Notes: generated by a model from the sequence alone, not told the origin. Shown: positions 25,575 to 36,316, counted from the stretch's first letter. The stretch: 64,000 nucleotides of DNA from Octopus sinensis (GCF_006345805.1 NC_043001.1:118544001-118608000), one strand, 5' to 3'. Numbers and translations are program-made.

Positions 25575-26354
25575 GATGTCAGCAGACAACCAGCGTCATA
25601 TTTTACATTTCTTTATTTTTTATTGGAACACTAACGTTGAGGAAGGAGGAAGACATAGCGACTAATTATAGCGGACTGACATGTCAGTCTTTCCAAACCA
25701 ATTTTATTTATATAGATTTATTAATTCAGTTTAAAAACTTAGTGTCCGTGCTTCCTTAATTATAAACTCTGAAAGAAAAGATACTAAAATGCCACACACA
25801 TAAATATAATCACAGATAAATTATGCATTAACAAAAGTTGAATCGATAGGTCCTCAATCAGGAATCGAAACCGAAACCGATTTGCTGTGTTGGCTAAGTA
25901 GTAGTAGTAGAAGCACACATCTAATTCACAAACAATAATTATATTTCGTTTATATATTTGTTTTGCAAGATTCCTGATGTGAAATCGTGTGTTGAAACAG
26001 ATATTCCTATATTTGAGGGTGGTCATATTTTACCAGATAAACAAATGCACGATATACGTAGGTCTTCACTTCAGCTTTATTATTCTTATTTTAGTGTCCT
26101 TAGCTCTAAAATAATAATAATAATAATAATAATAAAGCTGAAGTGAAGACTAAGCATATAGTGGGTGTGTTTAATTGACAAAAATATGAACATCTCCAAA
26201 TATAACTTGCAATCGACATGCTACAAGTTTTATTTACTACGTTTCACTGTTAAACCGACATCGCATTAATGTTCGATTTGTTTTGAAAATATGAACTCAT
26301 AGAAAAGTGGAGAGTAAATAAATATATTATATTTCTCAGAAAAATTTAGAAAAG

Positions 26355-26361
26355 AAAAAAA
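26355..26361 (-). terminator. RNA polymerase III terminator (T7) of 7SL
   Basis: A7 on plus strand immediately after the RNA 3' end. Confidence 0.85.
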
Positions 26362-26656
26362 GGTTGGAGTTCAATTATATCGAACGAGCTGCCAGCCGAC
26401 GACTATTCACAGGCGCGATCCCACTACTGCTCGACACGGGGCCTTTTGCCTGCTGCGTTTCCGCCCTGGGCCGAAGCGACCCTCCTTAGACAACCTGGTC
26501 CTGATGAGCTCCCTCTCCAGCACCATATTGATGCCGAGCTTAGCGCGGACACCCGATCGCCATAGAAGACCGACTACCAGGACTCCCATCCTCAAACCGG
26601 TCAACCAACCAAGCCTCCGAGTAGCTGGATTACAGGAGCGCGCCACAACTCCCGGC
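26362..26656 (-). ncRNA. 7SL: 7SL / signal recognition particle RNA
   Basis: Minus strand GCCGGGAGTTGTGGCGCGCTCCTGTAATCCAGCTACTCGGAGGC...GATCGGGTGTCCGCGCTAAGCTCGGCATCAATATGG...GAG-GGAG-CTC (helix 6 loop)...CCCAGGGCG-GAAA-CGCAGCAGG (helix 8)...CAGTAGTGGGATCGCGCCTGTGAATAG; about 295 nt, ends at a T-run. Confidence 0.97.
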
Positions 26657-26959
26657 AATGGCAACTGTGCGAATTTAATTACTTAAACCTATAGCAACAT
26701 TATACGGAGAATTTGTTGTCTCTCTCTCTTTTTTTTTTTTTTTAATATTCATATTTAATTTTATTGCTCGAAAGTTTTAAGAATAATCGAAAATACAAGA
26801 AAAATAATTTATTTTTGACTCCACTCTTATCGTTTTAATCTCGTTCTCGAAAACATGTTCAGTAAGCAGGGGAGATAATTGTTACTCATTGCATCACTAA
26901 AGCAGATAGGAACTCCTTCTTGCCATTACACTTCCTTATTGCGCTGCTCTCCCTGATAG

Positions 26960-27230
26960 CATAAGGTGAAAATTAAGGCCTACCTGTGAGTTTATCAAAT
27001 CCATGGTGAGAATAAATCACCTTCTTTATATGGATGACCTCAAGCTGTATTTAAACAAAGAGACAGACATAGACTCTGTGATCTAGACAGTAAGAGTATT
27101 CAGTGGGGCTAAATAAATGCACGGTCCTAATAATGAAAAGAGGTAAACTCTAATGGCATAAAATTTACACAAGACATCATAAGAATATTGTGGAATAATG
27201 AGGAGTACCAATATCTAGGAGTGCAGCAAT
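26960..27230 (+). mobile_element. Non-LTR RT fragment, R4/Dong/NeSL-like
   Basis: RINHLLYMDDLKLY (YMDD at 27027-27038), then ...TVRVFS...CTVLIMKRGK...EYQYLGV; stops and a deletion present. Confidence 0.7.
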
Positions 27231-27799
27231 CATACTGAGTTCAAATTTTCAGCATGGTCTTTCACGATTTTATCTCTGGTCGGTTAACCTGAATTTCCCG
27301 ATCAGTCTGAACACTGAAATTACAAAAGAATGGTAACTTCAGTCTTCTGGTGTTTAACGTTCCTACCAATCCTTTTTGTGGGGGAAGTTGGATGTGCGGT
27401 TTATTGATCTATGTATGTACTGAGCTGCCCCTGTCATGGATAGATAGATGTATTTATATTTGTGTATGTATGTGTATAGACATGTATATTTGTGTATACA
27501 CATACACAAATACATATACAATACTTACATACACAAATATACATACATATACCCATAAACATATAATACACTCACACAAAATACATGAGCAAAAGCGATT
27601 CAGCTGAAAAAAAATTAAAGAAATAATTCTTTTTTATGGAAATTACCGAAAAAGTACTTTCACTTTTCGTGTATGGTTATCGAAAGATAGCCAAAAAATT
27701 TGTTTTACTTAAATCCCAGCAATGGACCACCACCGTTGGGCTAAACAAAACACATTTGTTACTTTCGCATCATCATTCTATAAAATGTGTTTATGGAGA

Positions 27800-29660
27800 G
27801 AAATATAAGGCAACTGCTGCAGTGTTATCTACACTAGAGATATGGCAGATGTCGGTAAATTGGAAAATGAAATCCAAGTGCCTGGTTTCCCGCGGAGAGT
27901 GCTTGTCAGGCTTCGAGAGAAGGGCAAAGGTGAACGGACGATGGTCCGTAAAAATCGTGAATTGGCGTCCCTCGAGTGTGTGTCGGAAATGTTTGACTGC
28001 TAAATATATAGCTAATAGCTCCCGCCCGAAAGTGCTGCAGCGAGTTTCTGTTGGTTTAAGCTGCCGAGAGAGAAAAAAAAAAAAAAAGAGGCTGGATTTG
28101 TTGCTGGTGAAATTGTTGTAACACGGCGCCCATGGCAGTGTTGGATGCATCCACTACAAGAGATGGCTGAGCGCTCGCGACAGGGTGGGGAAGATGCGAT
28201 GCCTGAGCGAGTTGCTACTTTGCTGTGTTGAAGGAGTCGAGTTTGGTGGTGTTCAACGCTATCGACTCGTTCCTCTTTTTCCTATTCCGAAGGAGCGTGT
28301 TTAGTGGATATAGGATTTCAGCTGAATGAGGAACAAAGCGCCGATAGAAGATAAATAGTCTCAAGAAATGTCGGAGCTGACGTAATGAGGTGGGTGGAGG
28401 TAACTCCTGCAAAGCCTTCACCTTGTCAGGCAGTGGCGAAAAGCTTTTGGGCTGATGACGTGACCTAGGAAGGTCAAAGACGATGCGCCGCAAACACATT
28501 TGGTAGGGTTGATCCGCACTTGGTAAGTCTTGAACCGCTCGAACAGCTGATGTACACGATGGAGATGTTCCTTGGGTAAGGTGCTAGCAAGCAAGATGTC
28601 GCTGATGTACGCATAGAAGAAGCCTAAATCTGGGGCAACTTTGTCTCTCTGAACCTCTGAAATGTGCTGACTGAATTCCGTAAACCAAATGGCATAGTTA
28701 GGAATTCGAAGGCGCCAAACGGTGTGGTTACAGCAGTCTTTGGAATATCCTCTAGATTCACAGGAATCTGATGGTATGTCTTAACCAAGCCCAGTTTGGT
28801 GTATACTCTGCAGTTGTAGGAATATTACGCAAAATCCTGATGGGGTGGAGGGGTATTGTGTACTTGTCTGGCACCGCGATGGAGTTTAATCTCCTGTAGT
28901 CACCAGTGGGCCACCAGTCCTCGGAACGCTTTGGAACCATGTGCAAGGGCGACGCCCAGGGGCCATTAGAGGGGAAGATGAAGCCTAACTGGAGCATGTA
29001 TTTAAAATCCACGTTGACCTTCTCCGAGAAAAAACCAGAGTACCTTTAGTTTAGATGAAACGGGTGGTGGTGTGAGTTGGAACAGCAGTAAAAAATTAGG
29101 TTAGTCAGCTGCGGATGTAAGTTTAAGAGAGCATGGTATGGGTCGTCTGTGGCATCAATGAAAAAGACTGGACTAACCGCAGGGGTTAGTGGCCTTTTAC
29201 CTGGGACAGATAGTTCTGTGGTCACGTCCCACAAGCCGAGTGCGCATGTCCACAAACAGGTGGAAGTGGTGCAAAATGTTTGCACTTAATATTGGATGAG
29301 GGAGATCTGCGACTGTAAAAATCCACTTGAAGTCACGTCGCAGATCTAAATCCAACAAACGAGATATCTGGCCGAAAGTTGGAATCGGTGAATGATTCAC
29401 CGCCTGTAGAGTCACTGGTGATAACAGCGGTTCATCCACGAGGAGTTTTAACGGCCAGATACATGCACCGGTATCTACGAGGCAGCGGGCATGGGATATC
29501 CGGTCTGTTATGAAAAATGCACGGTTGGCCGCTGGCTGCTGCAGAGAATGTGCCGTGCTCAATTCTCTGGTTGGTCGTTTTCCTGTCGAGAAATAGTACA
29601 GAGTTGGGGACATTTACGTGCTGAAGCTCCGAACTTGGCATAGTACCAGCGTATGTATGA
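27800..29660 (-). mobile_element. Degenerate Ty3/Gypsy element: gag end, protease, RT, RNase H; no integrase or LTR seen
   Basis: WYYAKFGASARKC (gag), CLVDTGA (aspartic protease), SNGPWASPLHMVPK...GDYRRLN (RT), YAYISDILL (damaged YxDD), STFGRELLAIYLAVKHFRHTLEGRQFTIFTDHRP (RNase H); several frameshifts. Confidence 0.92.
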
Positions 29661-29662
29661 TT

Positions 29663-29830
29663 GAGCAGAGGACGTTCTGAGTTCAAATTCCGCCGAGGTC
29701 GACTTTGCCTTTCATCCTTTCGAGGTCGATTAAATAAGTACTAGTTACGTACTGGGGGGGTCGATGTAATCGATTTAATCCCTTTGTTTGTCCCTTCTAG
29801 GTTTAGCCCCCTGTAGGCAATAAAGAAATA
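29663..29830 (+). mobile_element. SINE family A, 5'-truncated, capping the Gypsy gag end
   Basis: cgttctgagttcaaattccgccgaggtcgactttgcc...aaagaaata. Confidence 0.85.
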
Positions 29831-30102
29831 AATATTAGCAGATTAACCAGATCTCACGCCAATACAGTTGCCACGCCCAGAGATAATAACCAGTCCGGGA
29901 TCAGCGTCACAGAGAACGTCACCGAAGTACCCGGTACCACCGCCACAGATAATGAACAAACCATAGACACAGATAGAGTGACCAGGTCCGCAACGTATGT
30001 TACCACCAGTACAATCGCCGAACCTAGAAATGATGACCAATGCGGGACCAACGACTTGGAGGAGGTATCCACCGTTCTCAGTACTATCACCACAGATGAT
30101 GA

Positions 30103-31176
30103 CCAAATAATTGTCTTCGACACCGATGGGTTGACCGGTCCCGCACCATTTGTTACCAGGGGTGCGAAAGGGCCACATCTGGATCTTTTCCTTTTGAACG
30201 GCACTTTGTAACATAATTTCTAGGTAACTAAAAAGTTTTAAACTTCGTATACTGGTAGAATGTGTTTATGAAACATCATTTTCTCTTGGTTTTATTAAGA
30301 AAATTCTATAGTTTGTAAGATATTTCGTCTGAAATTTCGAGCATTTCGTCAATTTTAACCAATCGATTACCTCCATTGAGCTAAAATCATTTGCTGCGTC
30401 TAAAACTGAGACAACATCCTGTCACTAACCCTAAAGCTCCCCCTAACCCTAACCCTAAATTTTTTTCTTCTTAATTAATTTAATTGTTACGCGTGTAAAA
30501 AGAACGAAAGCAATGGAAAATAATTTGAACAATTAACAAACAAAATAATTCTATAATTTTATACACACGCTTTCCGTACGTAAACGTGTGTATAAAATTA
30601 TAGAATTATTAGACGCAGCAAATGATTTTAGCTCAATTAGAGGCGATTCATTGGTTAAAATTCGAAAAATTAAACTACGTTAAACAAACGAATTACAATT
30701 TTATCAAGAAAGCCAATAGAAAAAAATGTTTTATTTTGACACATTCTACCAGTATACGAAGTTTCAAAGTGTTTATTTAACTAGAGATTGTGTGCCGTTC
30801 AAAAGGAAAAGATCCCCACATCTCATATTTGTAAATATATTGGATCTGCGAATACTTCTTTCAAGTGACATTTTCCTAACCACCAGTCATCCACCAGAGT
30901 CCTAGAAAGTCGGTTTGTCACGTCCCTGGCCCGCCATGTGTAGCACCTCAAAGACCAAGGGACCCCATGTGATATCAAAGGGAAATTAATTCATCATACG
31001 GGCCCATATATTAATAGAAGTGGCCGTTGCAAGATCTGCATCGCGGAGAAAGCCAATATTCTTAAGGACTATACGAAACCTGGCACATTAAATAGTCGTA
31101 AAGAAGTTGTTTGTTTTAATGTTTCCACTTCAAGAGCTATTTACTGGAAAGTTGGATCTTCCTGTTTGCTGGTTAA
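30103..31176 (+). pseudogene. Penelope-like element GIY-YIG endonuclease remnant, interrupted by a MITE
   Basis: After removing 30181-30823: TICYQGCERATS|HICKYIGSANTSFK*HFPNHQSS...TSLARHV*HLKDQGTPCDIKGK...GRCKICIAEKANI...LNSRKEVVC, then a frameshift to CFHFKSYLL. Fits the IxY...YIG and CxxCxxEK...LNxRxE...CxH pattern; not in the ORF track. Confidence 0.8.
30181..30815. mobile_element. MITE with ~230-bp imperfect TIRs and 8-bp TSD (Merlin- or MULE-like)
   Basis: Ends GGATCTTTTCCTTTTGAACGGCAC / GTGCCGTTCAAAAGGAAAAGATCC; TSD CCACATCT at 30173-30180 and 30816-30823. Confidence 0.9.
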
Positions 31177-31247
31177 ACCTCTTTGGGTCTTAAGTTGTAT
31201 TTTCTCCCGCTGCTTCAGGGAAGATAACCCGTTTTCATTAACGAAGT

Positions 31248-31298
31248 TTTGTCAGTGAACAGGTCGCGGTCTGAAAGCGACGAAAATATTTTGATAAA
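31248..31298 (+). ncRNA. Minimal type I hammerhead ribozyme-like motif, G3-C8 core variant
   Basis: Stem I tttgtca/tgataaa; core GTGAACA; extra G; stem II gtcgc/gcgac; GAAA; palindromic atat; T-T cleavage site. Lies about 70 nt downstream of the Penelope-like ORF on the same strand. Confidence 0.6.
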
Positions 31299-31384
31299 TT
31301 AAATTTAAATGTTGAAGTGAATCTAACGGTTTTTGTGTGTTTCTTAAATGGCTTATAAATACCTTTCACGCTGCAATTGTTTCT

Positions 31385-31499
31385 CCACCCACCCACCCAC
31401 CCACCCATCCATCCATCCATCCATCCATCCATCCATCCATCCATCCACCCACCCATACCCATCCACCCACCCATCCATGCATCCATCCACCCACCCATC
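31385..31499 (+). repeat. (CCAC/CCAT)n tetranucleotide microsatellite
   Basis: Direct reading. Confidence 0.9.
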
Positions 31500-32339
31500 T
31501 ATGATAGCAGTCGAATAATACTCTTGACGTAGCTTTTTTTTTATCGCAGTCGGCGTCTTCCAAGCAGTCCCTCCAATTCAGTTTTAATCGAAATCAAATT
31601 TACTCGTTTGAATTATGTTTGACTACTGATAAGCTACATTTAGACATAAAATACTAAAATCTGGTACAGTAGAACAAAAGTTAAGCGAAAAAATGTATAG
31701 ACCAAACTGATTGACTGACGGGTAGTAACACCCGACATCGGCGCTTTGAATCCACGCCATTCTTTTAATTTTGATTAAAAATTATTATAGTGATATTAAT
31801 ATGAAAGAGAAATGTTAAAGGAATATATTGGTGAGGTTTCGTAAAATGTTATCGATTAGAAAAAAAGATATTTAATTTTAATTCTCAATTCTTTTTTCAA
31901 TTTTTGCGTGATATTAAAGGGACACTACTCATATTGAAACAACTATTTCTTAGGCGCACAACAAAAGCTGAAAGACAAAACAAATCGAAAGAAAGAGTTC
32001 TAATATTTATTTTCATTAGCCTAAATAATTTTTTGAAAGAAATGAAATTTTTTTGCTTTTTTTTTTTTTTAAAGTCCATTTTTGAATAAATCATTTTAAT
32101 AACAAGATTATTTAATAAAATATTTTAATATTGTTTTTTTTTTTATTTTTGTCTCTGAGTAGTACAGAATCATGTAGTCGGGCTGTTCTGAAAAGACAAA
32201 TGACTAAGATTCAAATATTTTAACTGTCAATTTTCACTAATTTAAAATTTCCAAACATGGAGTTAATTATTTGCATGCTAAAAATGACTTTATTTATAAT
32301 TTATTTATTAATTTAATAGTAAATATAATATGATTAAAA

Positions 32340-35095
32340 TTTTTATTGCCTTCACCGTTTTACAAAATCAAACAAGAAAACTGGGCAAAACAGAGAACAC
32401 AATTGGAAAAATTAAAAAGAAGAAAGAGAAAAAAGGATAAAAACAAAACAAAAACAATTCATCACCTTGGGTCGAAAAGTTGGGGCCGCTGGAAAACCTT
32501 TCTAATGGCTATTGAGACACGCCGCACGCTTGTAGCGTTGTCGCGGATGATGCCGAGGATGATGTGCTGGAACAGCTAAGCACCTCACGAGCCTCGCCAG
32601 CTACTACTGCAAGGTGAGTTACTAGTAAAGACAGGAATCTCGCAGTAGGTGGCCCGACCCCACAAAACGTCTCGAACGCAACAGGATGGAAAATGTAGTT
32701 GACCGACAGATTGCGGATTTTGTTTCGCTCGGCCGCAGAAGCTGTGGATCTCGCCCTGACCACAGCATCCAGGATGTGAGAAGAAGAAAAGGAGTTGCTA
32801 ACCGTGACATCCCAGACAAGGCATCTGCCTTGCGACCAGGGCACAGGGTGAGGCCATCAGGTCTCTTCCCATAACATCTGGACAATCCAGATGGTTCCAA
32901 GATGGAGGGGTTGTTTGTCACGGCCAAGCTCCTCTTGAGTGTCAGGTTCAACTTCGTATGACGCGTGAAACGACCAGCATTCAGGCGGCAAGAAAGGCCA
33001 TGGAGGTCTGTGGAGTCGAGGAGCCTGCTACAATAACAGATCAAACCCATGCATACGTCAGTTCCCGCTCTGAGGGTAATGGAGACACGAAGTTCGTCCA
33101 AGCTGAGTAGGCCACCAACATTAGCCACAGGGATGGCATCAATTTAGTCACCTGAGTATTTGGCGCTAGCAGATAGTAAGCGGCACCTTGAAAACTGGTC
33201 CAACTGGATAAAGAAGGAGTCGAAGGTGACCTTCGAAATTACGTTGTCCCAAGCTCTCTGACTTCGACAGTCCTCCACCTTCTCAGGAGCAGACAAGCCC
33301 AATTCCGTCCAGTGTTGGAGGGCTTCATCTAACTCCCTGTTGGAACAGGTCTATGTTGGAGATGAGAGGATGTTTCTCACTAGGGTGGAGGAAAGGAAGT
33401 AGGGGAGAGAGAGGGACGAACACTTACGAAGACCAAGACCTCCAAATCCCTTGAGCAATGTAGCCTGATCGCGGGACGTTGGAGAGAGTCTGACAGTGAC
33501 TAAGCATTCGAATCTCTCAAAGATTAGGTTGTAGAAGTGTTGGAGGCACGATGGGAATCGGTAAGATGAGCAAATCCTGAGTAAATATAGAAGCTTAAGG
33601 ATCAAGAGGTAATTCCTAAGTATGAAAAAACCTTGATCAGGTTCGATAGCTTCAATATTTTTCAGCAATTGCTCAATGGCAGCCATCTTCGGCTGGAAGA
33701 TGGACTCAAAGGCAAGGTCAGTGATTGGGGAACCTAGGGAGCACCAAGCCGACGTGGGAGGAACTGCGATGGAAGGGTAGGACTCTGCAAAAAGGTCAAT
33801 AGTTGGTTGATGTTGAGAAGCCGGGTGGTTGAGGATCCAGAGCTCACATTTGGAGCTGTTTACTTGGAGACCCCGGCGACCAAGCTCCCCAACCATCATG
33901 TTAGCAATTGCGAGAACCCTGACAAGGAGGGCAAATTGACATAGTCTATGGTAGCGTGGGTGGCAGCTTCAAATCACAATATGGTGCCCATTCCTAGCTG
34001 GGTTGAGGAAAATTCCTCCTCCAGTAAGTTAGAGACCGATTGTAAACACACCTTTACAGTGAGACGGCGAAGGCTGCAGCCGACCATAATGGGGCGCAGA
34101 TCTCCATTGGGTTTGGTGAGCCCAAATAATTTTGCACCGAAGAATAATGGGCGGATATAAGGGAGGACGTTCGCTGAAGAGAACTGGTTCACAAACTGAG
34201 TCAAATTCTCAAAGAGCTCAAGTCCGGCGTCATCGGCCGATACAGAGATACCATCCATGAGGTGTTGAGGCTGAGGGCCATCAATTCCCGCACTTGACCC
34301 AGCAGGAAAGAATGAAATTGCCTTTCTGATGTTGTCAGAGATGAAAACCGGTCTCAAGTATTCTGGGGGATCGGGCCTGTTTAGTTGATTATCAGGTGCC
34401 GGTGGGTGCTTCTCTTTCAGACGTCTAAGAAGCTCAAAGTTACACGGAGCGGAGGAGGATAGAGAAAAGAGGAGACGGCCAACCACTTTTATGTCGAATT
34501 CGCTGAATTTAGCATTGACTGCGCGCTTAAGGTTTATCGGTTGCCTGTCGGTAGGCACCGTGCTCAATGTTAAATTGAGGTGAAAAGTGGTCGTGGTGGA
34601 CTCAAGTAGCTGGAACTATCGCTTGAGTGAGGATGTAGGGGAGTTCGATTTCACATCGTGTACGTGGAGAGAGATGCGGTGGGGAGAAACAGTTTCTGCC
34701 AGTAGGACGCTTTGCTGGATAAACATACGTTTTTCAACAAGCTGGAGAGCGCGCGGGCAAAGCTATTCCGAGCTCCCTTAGGGATCCGGTTAACAAGCTT
34801 CGATTTAGATAAAACATGGAAGGCTGCAGCAAAGTCCTCAGTGGAGAGCTGGTTGTCGGAGTGCGTCGGAGCTGAAGTGGCACTCACTGTAGGTTCAGTA
34901 CGGAGGACTTTCGGCTTGAGCCTTGGTGATGCGGACTCAACTCCTGTTGGGTTAATTCCGTTCGGAACCCGTGGTGGAGAGAGGTACCGAAGTTGGTGGA
35001 GAATGAGAGGTCAGAGGTTGATCCATTATCACATAGTCCCCCCCCGGCAGGTCTCTTGGTCGTTCGACGCTTGCCTCCGTCTCCAAGAATCGATA
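32340..35095 (-). mobile_element. CRE-clade non-LTR retrotransposon (RT + restriction-like endonuclease), internally deleted and frameshifted
   Basis: RIPKGARNSFARAL (N-terminal), SSAGIDGPQPQHL, GLTKPNGDLRPIMVGCSLRRL (RT), LHGLSCRLNAGRFTRH (Zn knuckle-like), KRPDGLTL.PW.QGRCLVWDVTV (PD-(D/E)XK endonuclease); AATAAA near 32342-32347 on minus. Confidence 0.88.
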
Positions 35096-36306
35096 GCTTT
35101 AAAATATTGCTGCTAAAATTAAAAAGTACTTCTTAGGAACTTTTTTCATATTTTTTAAAAATGCAATTAATTTCACTTTTCCTCTTTTTTTAATTCTATT
35201 TTTTGTACTCGATGAATTGATAAAAGATTTTAAATTTTAGCAGCAACATTTTAAGCTCTAATTTTAATACATACATACATACATACATACATACATACAT
35301 ACATACATACATACATACACACACGCACGCACGCACACACACGCGCGCGCATATATAATTGAAATTCGGTTGAATTAGGTACTTAAGTTGAAGCACCAAG
35401 TCAGAGTCCGGTATTATCCGCACAGCTCAAAGTAAGGTGAATAAAGTCAAAATAAGCAACAGGATATCAAGTAATGATGCAGTACGACCGTTTCAAGCGA
35501 CTCCATTTCATTGAACAATTTAAATGCAATGTCATCTTCAGCTGCACAAATGAATAAATGGAATTCTAACCAGTTGGTCACATTAATATAATTTTTCTCA
35601 AATACTTTAAGAAGATGGAAAAAATTCATGTTTTCGCTATTGTAGCTAAGAATAGACTACACTTCCAAGAATCGCATGAAGCCCATTGGAGTCATAGTGT
35701 TGTAAAGGATTGTAATTAATTTCTAATTCATTTGTCTCTTTATTAACTACTAAATCTAAGACTAGATGACTGTGTCTGTTTTGAATAAAAGACAAGAGTG
35801 AGTTGACAGCTCATGGCTAGGTGTGGTCATAAATATTGTCATATGTATCCCTTTCCCTCAGGGAGGAAAGAAGACATTAGGGGTAGCCAATTGGATATAA
35901 AGTAACTGTCTATAAAAAGAGGTTGGGTAGGGAAAGACTTAAAATCACGATGTTAATTACCAGTTAAAGAGGCAAACGCTAAGAAACCTAAGATGTTAAT
36001 ACAGAGGGAATTTTATTTTGGGGCTCTATGGATGATTGTTTATAAACAAAATCGTTATTCTGTATAAAAAATCTAAGATTTTCAAAAATGTTATCATAAC
36101 CAAAATAGGTGAAATGTGTGTATACATCAATTATAAACATCAAAAAGTAAAGATTACACAGAATCAGTTCAATATTCAACCCTCAAATCGTACACTACGT
36201 TTGAACATGAAAAGTACATTGGCCAATGTAATACAGGATATAAAAGAAAGTGACAGACATAGTTTATTATAGCTAGAGCACCTTTAATCAAAATTATCTA
36301 TTTGCG

Positions 36307-36316
36307 AAAAAAAAAA
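36307..36316 (-). terminator. Pol III terminator (T10) of tRNA-Gly
   Basis: A10 on plus strand, 6 nt beyond the tRNA 3' end. Confidence 0.85.

Noticed and set aside
25866-25878. CGAAACCGAAACC, an IRF/ISRE-like site
   Set aside because: Single short motif with no identified target promoter; similar strings occur in the RTE-tail repeat ends.
26407-26686. ORFs 26407-26664 (-) and 26504-26686 (+)
   Set aside because: Chance frames over the GC-rich 7SL RNA gene.
27636-28121. 161-aa plus-strand ORF
   Set aside because: Antisense shadow of the Gypsy RNase H region.
30866-30868. In-frame TGA in the Penelope-like endonuclease as possible selenocysteine
   Set aside because: It falls at a position where Arg is expected (CGA to TGA decay), not at a Cys position; the same frame has a TAG and a frameshift, and no SECIS element was recognised.
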